A DNA stretch of 64,000 bases from a phage (GCA_016390365.1 GCA_016390365.1_3043.1), one strand, 5' to 3'; shown: positions 9,784 through 20,739, numbered from the stretch's first letter. Notes: generated by a model not told the origin, from the letters alone. Translations and numbers: made by a program.

Positions 9784-12732
9784 TTAGAATTTAAAATATT
9801 TACTAATTTTGCGAGCAATTTTAGTAAAGAGAGGCGTTTTCAATTCTTTAATTTCTTCACTCATTTCCTGAATAGCCTTAATTAAAAGAGCATTCACAGC
9901 AGAGTTAGAAATTGTCAGAACATCAGATCCATCAACTTCAACTTTAGATACAGCTTCCGGTAATTCCTTTTCAAGGTCCTGAGCAATAATACCAACTTCA
10001 CGTTTAATAACACTACGGTCTTTAATAGACTTAACTTTATCGTAAATATAAACTTTCAGTCGGCAAACTTTTTCGACCGCTCCATATTCTAATTCTTCTT
10101 TATTAATCTTGAGACGGGAGTCAGAACGAATATACACATCGCTAAAGCTACCATTTCCTGGTGTATAAAAGAATCCATCATGATGGAATTCAAACACAGC
10201 TTGTGGGTGTCCAGCATCAGGAGAAGCCTCCGTGGATCCGACACGAATGATTGCTTGCCCCCACTGTGATGGAATACGACGCATACCAAAGTCAACAGCG
10301 GTGCTATATCCTTGATTGGTTATAACGCTTCTTGCTTTAAGAATAGGATAATAACAATCCTGTGAAACATAACCATGATCAACGAATAATGGAGCTTCTA
10401 CTCGCCATTGGTTGCCCCAATCACCCGGTTGTCTAGCAATCCATCCAGAACCGTTAATGTGTACACGGTCACGGTTAACGTTAACCATTGCGGTATTTTG
10501 CGGGTTTAACGCAATCTCACCATTGTTTGTGATATGTACTGCCGCCTGAGAAGCATAGCTATAAAATGCTAGCGAATTATCAGCACCACCCTTACCAATA
10601 TACCAGTTACCAGTCCCGTCTATGTCACCACGAATATGCAAAGAATTACTAGCAGTCGTTGATAATACAATAGAATCATTAGGTGCATTGATTGTTAACC
10701 GACCTGTCATCGTATCACCGCCTTTACCTACGCGAGTATTCAAGGCAGCATCTAAATTTGTCGCATTGTTATATTTCTTCCAGATTGAACCGGCAATATT
10801 ACCATCTGTATTAAGGAACGCATCACCGACATATACACGCCCTGGAGATTTAAAATAACCTGACGGCATGAAAGTCCACTGTTTTAACCCATCTGCTGTT
10901 CCATCAGCGGATAAATCACCCTGAGCAATGATCTTATATTCGGATGTACCTATAGCCATACCAGTGGCAAAGGTGATATTACTTACAGTATTTTTCTGTT
11001 TAACAATTGGCGCAAACTGGTTTTTATTTGAATCGTCAATAGCCTGATATAATGGCGCAATGGTAGTATTCTGATTTGCGTAAGTATTAGAACCAGAACC
11101 GCTAGCAGGGGCTTGAATATATGCTCCTGGAGCAAGTGAAATTTTCTGATTAGCACCAAGATTAACAGCAGCAGTGATATTCAGCAATCCCCTAAAGTTT
11201 TGTTGAGCAGTCCAAGTATGTGATCCGTCTTCAAGAACAACGCGTCGAACTGTACAAGTTCTATTTCCAGAATTACCGAACACACGAACGACAAAATAAC
11301 GGTAGTTTGTCTTGGATACGGTGCCGCGCCAAATCTGAACAGTACGTCCTGTGCCAGTCTGTTCGCTAGGACCAACGGAAAACATAACCAAGTTTCCGTC
11401 AATCGTCCCCCAATCCATATTTGCTGGCATATTCTTTATTTTGTTCAAAGGAACGCTAAACATACTACCAGGGACAAAATCAAAGGTTTGCCAATCTAAC
11501 TCCGCTAATCGAGCTTTAATACCACCCATACCTAAAGTAATTGGCAGAGAGTAAGATGTATATACTTCGTTCCATGCACCCCACGCACCACCAGTATATG
11601 CACGCTCAAAAATACGTCCGCGAGTAGTTGCACCTGTTCCGGCAGTAGTAAATTTTTGGAAAATAGCACCACCAGAAGCACGCTGTTTAACTTCCAGCAA
11701 ACCAACAATAACAGGCGGCAAACCTTCACCTGTAGGGCAGTTAATAACGGCATCGGTGCCTAAAATATTATATAACCCAGGAGTTTTAAAATCATTAAGG
11801 TCACCATCATAGAAAGTCGCTGGTGTGACATTACCGACTTGTTGCCAAGGTCCCCATTTAGGCGCAGAAGCATCCCACGCAGCAGCAAGACAACGAGTAT
11901 AAACAACACCAAATCTGGTCGTATATCTCTGTGTGCGAGAATAGTTTCCACCTTCATATACTTCTAAAAGTCCTTGAGCGGACGATCCTTCTTCTGGGAA
12001 ATTTCTGTCAAAGGTAGCAATGGAATTTGAACTATTTCGCCACAAACCAAGGTGTTCAGCGCCTCCTAGATCATTAAGATCAATCGTTGTTGACAGTGGA
12101 CGAGTACCAGATTGAATATTTCGCCACGCACTCCACGGACCGTTTACTCCGTTCCATGTAGCAGTCAAGGAACGAATATAAACATTTCCGTATCTAGTTG
12201 TATATCTCTGAGTACCAGCAAATTGACGACCGGCCACAAATACTTCTAGAACACCTACAGCATTTTCTTCTGGAAATTTATTTGCTGGTTGAGCGTTGGT
12301 TGAAGTTGCTTTCGACCAAACTCCAAGATATTCTTCAACAGGCCCATACTCATCTAAATTAGCATCAACAGGTAATTCGCCGTTATTTTTTATAAACGTT
12401 GTACTATTTACATTTATATCAGATGGAGTTAGTGTAATGTCCTTTGATCCATCAAAAGATATACCATTAATTTTCCTAGGTGTTTGCAATTTAGTAGCTG
12501 TACTAGAATTTCCAATTAAAGTTCCAGTTATATTTTCTGTAACCTCTAAAGATCCATTTATAGTTCCTCCATATTTTAAACCTAATTCTATAACACTACC
12601 TGAGTCATCTTTTGTGAAAATTGTTTTATCTTTTAAGTTTATAGCCAATTCACCTTCGGCTAATACTGAAGCTGCAGGACGTTGACCTGCAATTTTGCTT
12701 CTTTTAAATTGTATTTGTTTTAAAGTAGCCAT
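9784..12732 (-). CDS. 37: long tail fiber distal subunit gp37
   Basis: 982-aa ORF; conserved N-terminus; position between 36 and 38; C-terminal helical segment resembling an intramolecular chaperone. Confidence 0.9.
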   Translation of the reverse strand: MATLKQIQFKRSKIAGQRPAASVLAEGELAINLKDKTIFTKDDSGSVIELGLKYGGTINGSLEVTENITGTLIGNSSTATKLQTPRKINGISFDGSKDITLTPSDINVNSTTFIKNNGELPVDANLDEYGPVEEYLGVWSKATSTNAQPANKFPEENAVGVLEVFVAGRQFAGTQRYTTRYGNVYIRSLTATWNGVNGPWSAWRNIQSGTRPLSTTIDLNDLGGAEHLGLWRNSSNSIATFDRNFPEEGSSAQGLLEVYEGGNYSRTQRYTTRFGVVYTRCLAAAWDASAPKWGPWQQVGNVTPATFYDGDLNDFKTPGLYNILGTDAVINCPTGEGLPPVIVGLLEVKQRASGGAIFQKFTTAGTGATTRGRIFERAYTGGAWGAWNEVYTSYSLPITLGMGGIKARLAELDWQTFDFVPGSMFSVPLNKIKNMPANMDWGTIDGNLVMFSVGPSEQTGTGRTVQIWRGTVSKTNYRYFVVRVFGNSGNRTCTVRRVVLEDGSHTWTAQQNFRGLLNITAAVNLGANQKISLAPGAYIQAPASGSGSNTYANQNTTIAPLYQAIDDSNKNQFAPIVKQKNTVSNITFATGMAIGTSEYKIIAQGDLSADGTADGLKQWTFMPSGYFKSPGRVYVGDAFLNTDGNIAGSIWKKYNNATNLDAALNTRVGKGGDTMTGRLTINAPNDSIVLSTTASNSLHIRGDIDGTGNWYIGKGGADNSLAFYSYASQAAVHITNNGEIALNPQNTAMVNVNRDRVHINGSGWIARQPGDWGNQWRVEAPLFVDHGYVSQDCYYPILKARSVITNQGYSTAVDFGMRRIPSQWGQAIIRVGSTEASPDAGHPQAVFEFHHDGFFYTPGNGSFSDVYIRSDSRLKINKEELEYGAVEKVCRLKVYIYDKVKSIKDRSVIKREVGIIAQDLEKELPEAVSKVEVDGSDVLTISNSAVNALLIKAIQEMSEEIKELKTPLFTKIARKISKYFKF

Positions 12733-12740
12733 AAGTCCTC

Positions 12741-13391
12741 TTAATAATAGCCGAAATCTTGAACAGAATCCTTAATTACGATTTGGTCAAATCGTGGAAC
12801 GTGTGAAGGTTGAGATGCAGGATTCTGTGAAAAAAGGTTTGGCGCAGTTAAATTTCCTGTCATAGTGTCTCCAGAGCGTAATACCCTAGAGTTTGCATTT
12901 GCTGTAACAGTATTTATTGCTCCATCAACATAATCTTTGCGAGTAACATCAGATGCTGCGGAAGGAGTAGATGTAACAGTTACCGATGGAGCCGTTACAG
13001 CCCTGGTAAATGTTGTCAAACCTTCTGGTGTAATAGTAATTTGTCCAGTAGTGATTTCACTACCTGCAGGTCTAAAACTAATACCGCCGGAAGAGCCGCC
13101 AACTACAAGAGTATTACCGGTACCGCCACCAGAACGAATTCGAATGGGGGTTTCATTATTACTTAATTGAAGATAACTATTTACCCCGTAATTAATAGTA
13201 ATTGGACCGGTGTAAGTACCACCATTAGCTTTAGAAACGAAATCGTTATCAGCTGCCTGTGGTTTATTATATTCTGAATATATTTTAAATGATTTGTAGA
13301 GTACATCGTCACCGGCTGAATTCAATGGAAAATTTCCTTGATGCCAAATGACAGATCCACCTACAGTTGAACCTACTTTTAAATCAGCCAT
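12741..13391 (-). CDS. 36: long tail fiber distal connector gp36
   Basis: 216-aa ORF (T4 gp36 about 221 aa); late promoter TATAAATA 24 nt upstream. Confidence 0.85.
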   Translation of the reverse strand: MADLKVGSTVGGSVIWHQGNFPLNSAGDDVLYKSFKIYSEYNKPQAADNDFVSKANGGTYTGPITINYGVNSYLQLSNNETPIRIRSGGGTGNTLVVGGSSGGISFRPAGSEITTGQITITPEGLTTFTRAVTAPSVTVTSTPSAASDVTRKDYVDGAINTVTANANSRVLRSGDTMTGNLTAPNLFSQNPASQPSHVPRFDQIVIKDSVQDFGYY

Positions 13392-13414
13392 TATATGCCC
13401 CTTTATTTTAATAT

Positions 13415-13422
13415 TATTTATA
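13415..13422 (-). promoter_or_regulatory. late promoter (TATAAATA) for genes 36-37-38
   Basis: Reverse complement TATTTATA on plus strand, 24 nt upstream of gene 36 ATG. Confidence 0.65.
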
Positions 13423-13448
13423 AAGAAAAAGGGAACCCGAAGGCTCCC
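13422..13448 (-). terminator. rho-independent terminator after gene 35
   Basis: Minus-strand hairpin GGGAGCCTTCGGGTTCCC (UUCG loop) followed by a T-run. Confidence 0.65.
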
Positions 13449-13453
13449 TCAGT

Positions 13454-14569
13454 TTAAACTTCTCTAAATTCTTGCCCAAACACTTTGCCAGTTTTAGAAG
13501 AGGCTTGTGTAGGAAGTACCATTATATCTGGAGGTGAAGCCGATTCACAGACATAATTAACACGAATACCATTGACGCCAAATTCGGCAGGTTTTGAAAT
13601 GCCGCCATTTCTTGATACTTCAGAAAAGCTTAAATTCCTCATTCCGCCTTGACCAGCTTGTGCAGTTCTCTGTGCGTATATCGTAAATCCTACTGCATTT
13701 TCAGGAACAACTACATAATCTTCTTTTAATTCCCAAGACCCAGCTTGCCCAGTAAACTCAGCTTGGGTCGAGGAAATATATCCATTTGATGCATCATAAA
13801 AACGAATAGATATATTTGTAGTTCCAAGATCAAGTAAATCAGCATCAGCATATAGTTGTGCTTTAAGATAAAGAACATCACCAGGAATTAAATTGTAGTC
13901 AGAAAGTTTACTTATAGCAGCTGAAGTTGGCAATCGCGCAATTTCGTTATTAGTTCCACCAACTGCTGACATGAATTGCTCTACACTTTCATATGTTCTT
14001 TTAGGAAATCCTGTAGCTCCGACGTCTTCTAAACTATCAAATACAACATCTAAAATAGTTTGATAATCATCTGTGCTTTTTCTATTACTTAGTTTAACAT
14101 GCTCTAATGCAATAGCTCTTTTAGAAGAAGTATAAAAAGCAGCATATGACACGTCAAATCTTGACAATACTGAATCTGATGGAAAAACTGAAGTTCCTGC
14201 TCCCCTTAACCAAGATACCACTTCAGGAGGAAAATTAACCTTTCCGCTAGTTAATATAGCAACAAGTCTATTGTTTGACAAAGAATTCATGAAACTGACA
14301 AAAGCGGCAGATGTTGTATTGTTTGAAGCAGAAAAAGCATATGACTCGCTATCAACTAATGCTCCCGTAGAAGGGTCAAAAACTCTTAAATGAAGACCTG
14401 CACTAAATGTTTGATTTCCAACGGGATTATCCTGAAATTTAACATATGGCCCTGCAGTAGAAAGCGGGCAAGAGCCCGCTATGCTTATTTTATATCTTAC
14501 TGAATTGCTTTCCGATAAAAATGGCGTTTGGACATATCCTTGTCCAAACTCTGCCATAAATTTTTCCAT
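13454..14569 (-). CDS. 35: long tail fiber hinge protein gp35
   Basis: 371-aa ORF (T4 gp35 about 372 aa) between 34 and 36. Confidence 0.85.
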   Translation of the reverse strand: MEKFMAEFGQGYVQTPFLSESNSVRYKISIAGSCPLSTAGPYVKFQDNPVGNQTFSAGLHLRVFDPSTGALVDSESYAFSASNNTTSAAFVSFMNSLSNNRLVAILTSGKVNFPPEVVSWLRGAGTSVFPSDSVLSRFDVSYAAFYTSSKRAIALEHVKLSNRKSTDDYQTILDVVFDSLEDVGATGFPKRTYESVEQFMSAVGGTNNEIARLPTSAAISKLSDYNLIPGDVLYLKAQLYADADLLDLGTTNISIRFYDASNGYISSTQAEFTGQAGSWELKEDYVVVPENAVGFTIYAQRTAQAGQGGMRNLSFSEVSRNGGISKPAEFGVNGIRVNYVCESASPPDIMVLPTQASSKTGKVFGQEFREV

Positions 14570-14577
14570 AATACCTC

Positions 14578-17500
14578 TTATTCAACCCATTCAAATTTAA
14601 CAGTTTTATTCACTGGGTCAGGAATAATGCGAACATTACCAATTCGCAAGAAATCGCGAATAGTAAGATTACCTATTATTCCATTATCAGATGGGATCGC
14701 TCCTATATCTGAAGGTTGAGGAGGGTTACCTCCGTCAAATACCTGAACAAAACTTGACCAAGAGTTTTTGGTTTTCTGCCATGTACGTGTCCAGCGAGTG
14801 GTACGTGCTTCTGGGGTCGTTGGATAAGTAATCCAATCTTGGTAAAGTGAATCAAGTGTGTTACCAAACTGAGTCAATGTACCAGGAGATTTAACTTCTT
14901 CGCCACGTTCTAAGTATGGAAGCCCAGTCACTTCATTAGTTTTTTCAACCATTTTAAAATAACCCGGGAACTGGTTATAAGTGGCTGAATCATTAATATC
15001 GATTGACCAGAATCCTACAGTATCAGATGTCGGCGCACGGGTATATAAATCAGATGTTTTAGTGCCCTGAGAACGAATTCTCGAGTTAACAGTTAAACCA
15101 CCTGAATTTATAGTAGCACCTTTAGCAATGATCAAGCTTTCACCAATTGTGACCTGCCCAGATTGATTATTAATGGACAATGGACGTAATCCATTAAATC
15201 CACCAGTCTGATCACCCGATGCAGTAAGCATAAAATTCGTTACTGATCCATCATTGCGAACAATGAAACCATAATTTCCGTTAATAGCACGGAAAGCATT
15301 TGCGCTTCGAGAAATAATTTCACCAGTTGCAGTGACTGAATTACCAAATGTTGCTACACCATTTGCATTCAATGTTCCTGAAGCATTAACATTTATCGGT
15401 GTTACTGTACCGTTGATATTAAATGTTATATTTCCAGCTTTATTACGCTGAGAATAAAAATGACTAGACGTTTCATCACTAACTTCAAATACGGTAGAAC
15501 GTGTTGTGTCTGATTCCCCGCTAAATTGATTTCCCCACACTCTGACTGTCATCGTTTGAGCTGGGTTTGTTCCAGTTTGAGGTCCTTTCTCAAAAATCAG
15601 ACGAGTTGCCGTTCCAGTATTAGAAATAGTTAATGTACTATTTGCTGAAACTGATCCACCGAATGTAGCAGTACTAGATGATACAAGAGGGGCACTCAGA
15701 TTCGTTTGTTGGGTTAAGGTTAGTGAACCATTAACTGTTTGTGCAATGTCCCTACGAATGAACTGGAGCGAATCTAGACCATCTAATAAATTACTATCTA
15801 CAGCTTTTGCTTTTAATGGCAAATAATTTGCTAATACGCGATTTAATTCATATGGTGATACTGCATAACCATTTTTCTCATATGATTCTAATGGCTGTGT
15901 TGAACCTACCGTATCATTACCAACGAATGTAATTGAACCAGATGAAGTTTTAACAAAACCTCTTATTGCAGTAGTAGCTGCCCAAGTAGGTTCACTCTGC
16001 ACAATCCATTTTAAATTTTTTGGAGATACAGCAGTATTTGCTGACGTTCCAGCTACAGTTTCAGACCGAGTTGCAACTTTAATAACGCCTTCCTGTGCTT
16101 CAGTAGATTTAGTACCTAAAAGCTTTTTAGGAGTTATTAGAACATTATCCAATGTTCCTGCAGCAGCTTCAACTTGTGTAGCTACACGAAGTGTACCACG
16201 CTGTGTCTCATTTGCTTCAAGAATATTAAGGGTATAATGGTCCCAGAGAGTTCCTGATTCAACTAATCCAGATAGAGCAACAACAGAAGTACGATCAGTA
16301 CTATTAAATCTGGTTTTAATTTTTAATGGTGTAGAGATACGAGTATCGTCGACGCCTGCGTCGAATTCAACTTGCGTAGCAATTTCAGCTATACCACTTA
16401 AACTTTCAGTTGCTCTACGGTCATTTAAAGTTTTAGGAGTGACTGCGCGAGTATAATCAGTTCCTGTATTAACTTCGCTTTGCGTAGCAATTTCAATTAA
16501 ACCAATTCTTCCATCAGTTGATGTCTTTTTATGTAACGTTTCTGGTGTTACAACCGCATTTGCCCATCCTTCTTGGCTTTGTCCAGCAATTACTTCACTT
16601 TCAACTGCTAAAATTACTGCGCCTTGTTGCGTTGGAGTAGCTTTATACTGATCCAAAGCTTTAGGTGAAACAACTAAATTATTAGTGTTTTTATTATAAA
16701 CATTTGTACCATTTAATTCACGACTAGAAGCTGGAGTAGCTCCTGCAGTAGATACAAAAGTTACAATACCCGATAATGTTTCAGAACCTTGACGAGCTTG
16801 AAGCTTTTTAGGAGTGATGATTGTAGTATCATCGATACCTGTATTAGTTTCCTGCTGCGTAGCAATTTCAGCAACACCTCTGCGAGTTTCTGTAGCAGTT
16901 CTTTCATTCAGCTTTTTAGGAGTGATGATAAGGTCATCTGCAAAAGAGAATGTAGTGTTCTGATTTACTTGAGCAGTAGTTGCTATTCTTGCAATACCTC
17001 TGCGAGTTTCTGTAGCAGTACGATTAGCTAACGTTTCTGGAGTAATTGCTAATTCTTTTTGTGGAGAATTTTCTAAATCAGCATTTGCTTGAGCTTGCGT
17101 AGCTAAAGCAATTACGCCTAATCTTGCTCTAGTAGAAGCATTTAAAGAGTCTACTCTTTCTACAGTTGGAACGTTTTGCTGTACAACCCAGTATTTTCCA
17201 TCAGAATCTTCTATATAAGCAAGTTGTAAAACTGGAACATAATTAGTTTCACCATTAAAAACTAATTCTTGAACTGTTACCCATTCAGCTTCAGGCGGAT
17301 ATTCTGAACGTTTTGGGAATTGCAGCAATTGAACTGAAGAAGCAATTTTATCTTCACCGGCAGCTTTGATTTTAACTGTTTGTCCTTTTCTCATGTAATT
17401 CATGGAAATTTTAACAGTATCACCAACAGAAATATCAGTCGGAAGCTGAAGCTCAATTGTTTGAGTTGTTCCATTATTCGCACCAAATACCATAACTTCT

Positions 17501-18447
17501 TCATTTGGACGAATGTTTGAATTAGTCGTTATAATGCGTAAACGTGCTTTACTATCCCCGTCAAACAATCTCCACAATTTCTCATTATCATCAAACATCA
17601 AGAAACCGTCAATCGATGTACGGCCTTCAATGGAATGAGTTCCAACTTCTTGCACTGACGTTGTTTCATCATATGTCGTAACAATTGTATGATAAAGTGG
17701 ATTTAATTTATCTAAATCAACGAAATTAATGATATCTCCATGATTGGCAAATCTTGGAAGTTTAACATTAATCGGTGCGGCAGAAGTAAATCTACGTACG
17801 ATAAAATCATTAGATTGTGCTTGATATGCAGTCGATGGAGTAACAATTGCAGCTTCTCTGCTATAATCAGCAATATACATTTGCCACAAACGGTTATTAA
17901 AAATGAATACCATCTGTGACTTTGGATGAGTCATTAAAACTGAACGTACCTGTTCACCTCTAAAATTGACAATACTCTGATTTGAAGAATTTATTTTAAC
18001 CTGATTTATGCCAGGTTTTCCACCGATATCTTGAATTATTACGGTTTCTCCATCAAGCGGAGAAGGTGGTAAAGTAAACTCAATGTCATTGCCAACTGAT
18101 GTATCTACTGAAATTGCTTCTCCGGATTTTAATTGATATGGTCCAGATGATACGGTTGTATATACGGCATCAGTACGTAATGCTTTCCAACGAATTCTAT
18201 TAAAATTTCCAGCAGGTTTTGGAATATTATCCGTTGCTGCCCAAAAACGATTATTATAAATGATTACAAAATCTTTTAAATATCCACGAGTTGGATCATA
18301 TTGCTGAACTGTGTTTTCTTGAATTAAGTAATCAACGTTAACACCGTCAGTTCCTACGGTACGATCAGCTAAAGCTACGTTGATTATTTTATCGCCACCT
18401 GCGTCCAGACCATCTTCTGCTCTGAACTTTCTTTTAATCTCGGCCAT
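14578..18447 (-). CDS. 34: long tail fiber proximal subunit gp34
   Basis: 1289-aa ORF, same length as T4 gp34; internal repeated motifs (..TPKKL..ATETRRG..IATQ..); late promoter upstream. Confidence 0.95.
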   Translation of the reverse strand: MAEIKRKFRAEDGLDAGGDKIINVALADRTVGTDGVNVDYLIQENTVQQYDPTRGYLKDFVIIYNNRFWAATDNIPKPAGNFNRIRWKALRTDAVYTTVSSGPYQLKSGEAISVDTSVGNDIEFTLPPSPLDGETVIIQDIGGKPGINQVKINSSNQSIVNFRGEQVRSVLMTHPKSQMVFIFNNRLWQMYIADYSREAAIVTPSTAYQAQSNDFIVRRFTSAAPINVKLPRFANHGDIINFVDLDKLNPLYHTIVTTYDETTSVQEVGTHSIEGRTSIDGFLMFDDNEKLWRLFDGDSKARLRIITTNSNIRPNEEVMVFGANNGTTQTIELQLPTDISVGDTVKISMNYMRKGQTVKIKAAGEDKIASSVQLLQFPKRSEYPPEAEWVTVQELVFNGETNYVPVLQLAYIEDSDGKYWVVQQNVPTVERVDSLNASTRARLGVIALATQAQANADLENSPQKELAITPETLANRTATETRRGIARIATTAQVNQNTTFSFADDLIITPKKLNERTATETRRGVAEIATQQETNTGIDDTTIITPKKLQARQGSETLSGIVTFVSTAGATPASSRELNGTNVYNKNTNNLVVSPKALDQYKATPTQQGAVILAVESEVIAGQSQEGWANAVVTPETLHKKTSTDGRIGLIEIATQSEVNTGTDYTRAVTPKTLNDRRATESLSGIAEIATQVEFDAGVDDTRISTPLKIKTRFNSTDRTSVVALSGLVESGTLWDHYTLNILEANETQRGTLRVATQVEAAAGTLDNVLITPKKLLGTKSTEAQEGVIKVATRSETVAGTSANTAVSPKNLKWIVQSEPTWAATTAIRGFVKTSSGSITFVGNDTVGSTQPLESYEKNGYAVSPYELNRVLANYLPLKAKAVDSNLLDGLDSLQFIRRDIAQTVNGSLTLTQQTNLSAPLVSSSTATFGGSVSANSTLTISNTGTATRLIFEKGPQTGTNPAQTMTVRVWGNQFSGESDTTRSTVFEVSDETSSHFYSQRNKAGNITFNINGTVTPINVNASGTLNANGVATFGNSVTATGEIISRSANAFRAINGNYGFIVRNDGSVTNFMLTASGDQTGGFNGLRPLSINNQSGQVTIGESLIIAKGATINSGGLTVNSRIRSQGTKTSDLYTRAPTSDTVGFWSIDINDSATYNQFPGYFKMVEKTNEVTGLPYLERGEEVKSPGTLTQFGNTLDSLYQDWITYPTTPEARTTRWTRTWQKTKNSWSSFVQVFDGGNPPQPSDIGAIPSDNGIIGNLTIRDFLRIGNVRIIPDPVNKTVKFEWVE
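16876..17019 (-). repeat. 34: direct repeats within gene 34
   Basis: Exact 24-nt ACCTCTGCGAGTTTCTGTAGCAGT at 16876..16899 and 16996..17019 (plus-strand coordinates), matching the repeated TATETRRG protein motif. Confidence 0.85.
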
Positions 18448-18481
18448 TCTCCCGGGCTCCTATTGTGTTTTCAATAATAAG

Positions 18482-18489
18482 TATTTATA
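18482..18489 (-). promoter_or_regulatory. late promoter (TATAAATA) for gene 34
   Basis: TATTTATA on plus strand, 35 nt upstream of gene 34 ATG. Confidence 0.65.
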
Positions 18490-18551
18490 CCTGTTTACTT
18501 TAAGATTTAGATAGTATATAATAGAAATCTCACTAATTGAACGAGGTTCAT

Positions 18552-19469
18552 ATGGATTTAGAAATGATGCTGGATGAAGATTACAAAGAAGGAATTTGCT
18601 TTATTGACTTTAGTCAAATTGCTCTTTCAACTGCTCTGGTAAACTTCCCAGATAAAGAAAAAATTAATTTATCAATGGTTCGTCATTTGATATTGAACTC
18701 AATTAAGTTTAATGTCAAAAAAGCAAAAACGCTTGGATACACTAAAATTGTACTATGTATTGATAACGCGAAATCTGGATACTGGCGTCGTGATTTCGCT
18801 TATTATTATAAGAAAAACCGTGGAAAAGCACGAGAAGAATCTACTTGGGACTGGGAAGGTTATTTTGAATCCAGTCATAAAGTTATAGATGAATTGAAAG
18901 CTTATATGCCATACATTGTTATGGATATTGATAAGTATGAAGCAGATGACCACATTGCTGTTCTTGTTAAAAAGTTCTCTTTAGAAGGACATAAGATTTT
19001 AATCATTTCATCGGACGGTGACTTTACTCAACTTCACAAATATCCAAATGTTAAGCAATGGTCACCGATGCACAAGAAATGGGTTAAAATTAAAAGCGGT
19101 TCTGCTGAAATTGATTGTATGACTAAAATTCTTAAGGGTGACAAAAAGGATAACGTTGCTTCAGTTAAAGTACGTTCTGACTTTTGGTTTACCAGAGTTG
19201 AAGGTGAACGGACTCCTTCAATGAAAACTTCAATCGTTGAAGCTATTGCTAATGATCGTGAGCAAGCTAAGGTACTTCTCTCAGAATCTGAGTATAATCG
19301 TTATAAAGAAAATTTAGTTCTAATTGATTTTGATTATATTCCTGATAATATTGCTTCAAACATTGTGAATTACTATAATTCATATAAATTACCACCGCGT
19401 GGCAAAATTTATTCATATTTTGTAAAAGCGGGTCTTTCTAAATTAACTAATAGCATTAATGAATTTTGA
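18552..19469 (+). CDS. rnh: RNase H (5'-3' exonuclease/flap endonuclease)
   Basis: 305 aa from ATG 18552 (MDLEMMLDEDYKEG...), matching T4 RNase H; track ORF starts 15 nt upstream. Confidence 0.95.
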   Translation: MDLEMMLDEDYKEGICFIDFSQIALSTALVNFPDKEKINLSMVRHLILNSIKFNVKKAKTLGYTKIVLCIDNAKSGYWRRDFAYYYKKNRGKAREESTWDWEGYFESSHKVIDELKAYMPYIVMDIDKYEADDHIAVLVKKFSLEGHKILIISSDGDFTQLHKYPNVKQWSPMHKKWVKIKSGSAEIDCMTKILKGDKKDNVASVKVRSDFWFTRVEGERTPSMKTSIVEAIANDREQAKVLLSESEYNRYKENLVLIDFDYIPDNIASNIVNYYNSYKLPPRGKIYSYFVKAGLSKLTNSINEF

Positions 19470-19477
19470 GGTGAATA

Positions 19478-19747
19478 ATGGCTAAAAAAGAAATGGTTGA
19501 ATTTGATGAAGCTATCCATGGCGAAGACTTGGCTAAATTTATTAAAGAAGCATCTGACCATAAACTGAAAATTTCCGGTTATAATGAACTGATTAAAGAT
19601 ATTCGAATTCGTGCCAAAGATGAACTTGGCGTTGATGGTAAGATGTTTAATCGTCTATTAGCTTTGTATCATAAAGATAATCGTGATGTGTTTGAAGCTG
19701 AAACTGAAGAGGTAGTTGAACTTTATGACACAGTTTTCTCTAAATGA
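19478..19747 (+). CDS. dsbA: double-stranded DNA-binding protein DsbA
   Basis: 89-aa ORF; length and position as T4 dsbA. Confidence 0.88.
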   Translation: MAKKEMVEFDEAIHGEDLAKFIKEASDHKLKISGYNELIKDIRIRAKDELGVDGKMFNRLLALYHKDNRDVFEAETEEVVELYDTVFSK

Positions 19748-20063
19748 TATTCGTCCGGTCGATGAGACCGGTCTTTCAGAAAAAGAACTTTCAATCAAGA
19801 AAGAAAAGGATGAAATAGCAAAGCTTCTTGATCGTCAAGAAAACGGATTTATTATTGAAAAAATGATAGAAGAGTTTGGAATGAGTTATCTTGAAGCTAC
19901 AACAGCATTCTTGGAAGAAAACTCTATTCCTGAAACTCAATTTGCTAAATTTATTCCTTCGGGTATAATTGAAAAAATTCAGTCAGAAGCTATTGACGAA
20001 AATCTTTTACGTCCTTCTGTTGTTCGTTGTGAAAAAACTAATACATTAGATTTTCTACTATGA
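19725..20063 (+). CDS. 33: late transcription co-activator gp33
   Basis: 112 aa from ATG 19725 (MTQFSLNDIRPV...); matches T4 gp33. Confidence 0.9.
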   Translation: MTQFSLNDIRPVDETGLSEKELSIKKEKDEIAKLLDRQENGFIIEKMIEEFGMSYLEATTAFLEENSIPETQFAKFIPSGIIEKIQSEAIDENLLRPSVVRCEKTNTLDFLL

Positions 20064-20713
20064 TTAAACTCCGCATGCCTGCTGGTGGTGAAAGATATAT
20101 TGATGGTAAATCAGTTTATAAATTATACTTAATGATAAAACAACATATGAATGGAAAGTATGATGTAATTAAGTATAATTGGTGCATGCGGGTGTCTGAT
20201 GCCGCTTATCAAAAGCGAAGGGATAAGTATTTTTTCCAGAAGTTATCAGAAAAATATAAATTAAAGGAACTTGCTTTAATCTTTATAAGTAATTTGGTTG
20301 CTAACCAAGATGCTTGGATTGGTGACATCTCTGACGCTGATGCACTTGTGTTTTATCGTGAATATATCGGACGCTTAAAGCAAATTAAATTTAAGTTTGA
20401 AGAAGATATTCGCAACATTTATTATTTTAGTAAAAAAGTTGAAGTTTCTGCTTTTAAAGAAATCTTTGAATATAATCCAAAGGTTCAGTCAAGTTATATT
20501 TTTAAACTTCTGCAATCGAACATAATTTCGTTTGAGACGTTTATCTTGCTTGATTCGTTTTTAAATATAATTGATAAACATGATGAACAGACTGATAATT
20601 TAGTCTGGAATAATTATTCTATAAAGTTAAAGGCTTATAGAAAAATTTTAAATATTGATTCACAGAAAGCTAAAAATGTTTTCATTGAAACTGTGAAATC
20701 TTGCAAGTATTAA
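20060..20713 (+). CDS. 59: helicase loader gp59
   Basis: 217-aa ORF matching T4 gp59. Confidence 0.93.
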   Translation: MIKLRMPAGGERYIDGKSVYKLYLMIKQHMNGKYDVIKYNWCMRVSDAAYQKRRDKYFFQKLSEKYKLKELALIFISNLVANQDAWIGDISDADALVFYREYIGRLKQIKFKFEEDIRNIYYFSKKVEVSAFKEIFEYNPKVQSSYIFKLLQSNIISFETFILLDSFLNIIDKHDEQTDNLVWNNYSIKLKAYRKILNIDSQKAKNVFIETVKSCKY

Positions 20714-20721
20714 TTGCTTAT

Positions 20722-20729
20722 TATAAATA
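20722..20729 (+). promoter_or_regulatory. late promoter (TATAAATA) upstream of gene 32
   Basis: Exact TATAAATA 84 nt upstream of gene 32 ATG. Confidence 0.45.
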
Positions 20730-20739
20730 GATTATAATT

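Noticed and set aside
10089-12685. Several short ORFs on both strands inside gene 37 (for example 10622..10858, 11351..11554, 12296..12685)
   Set aside because: All are embedded in the 982-aa gp37 ORF and lack start signals; considered frame noise
16789-17031. Plus-strand 80-aa ORF inside gene 34, with a repeated NTSASFCSS motif
   Set aside because: Antisense to a well-supported 1289-aa tail fiber gene; the repeated motif mirrors the gp34 nucleotide repeats; no RBS or promoter
18537-18551. Five-codon N-terminal extension of rnh (MNEVH) in the track ORF
   Set aside because: T4 RNase H begins MDLEMML; the ATG at 18552 has better spacing from the upstream AG-rich tract, though the upstream ATG cannot be fully excluded
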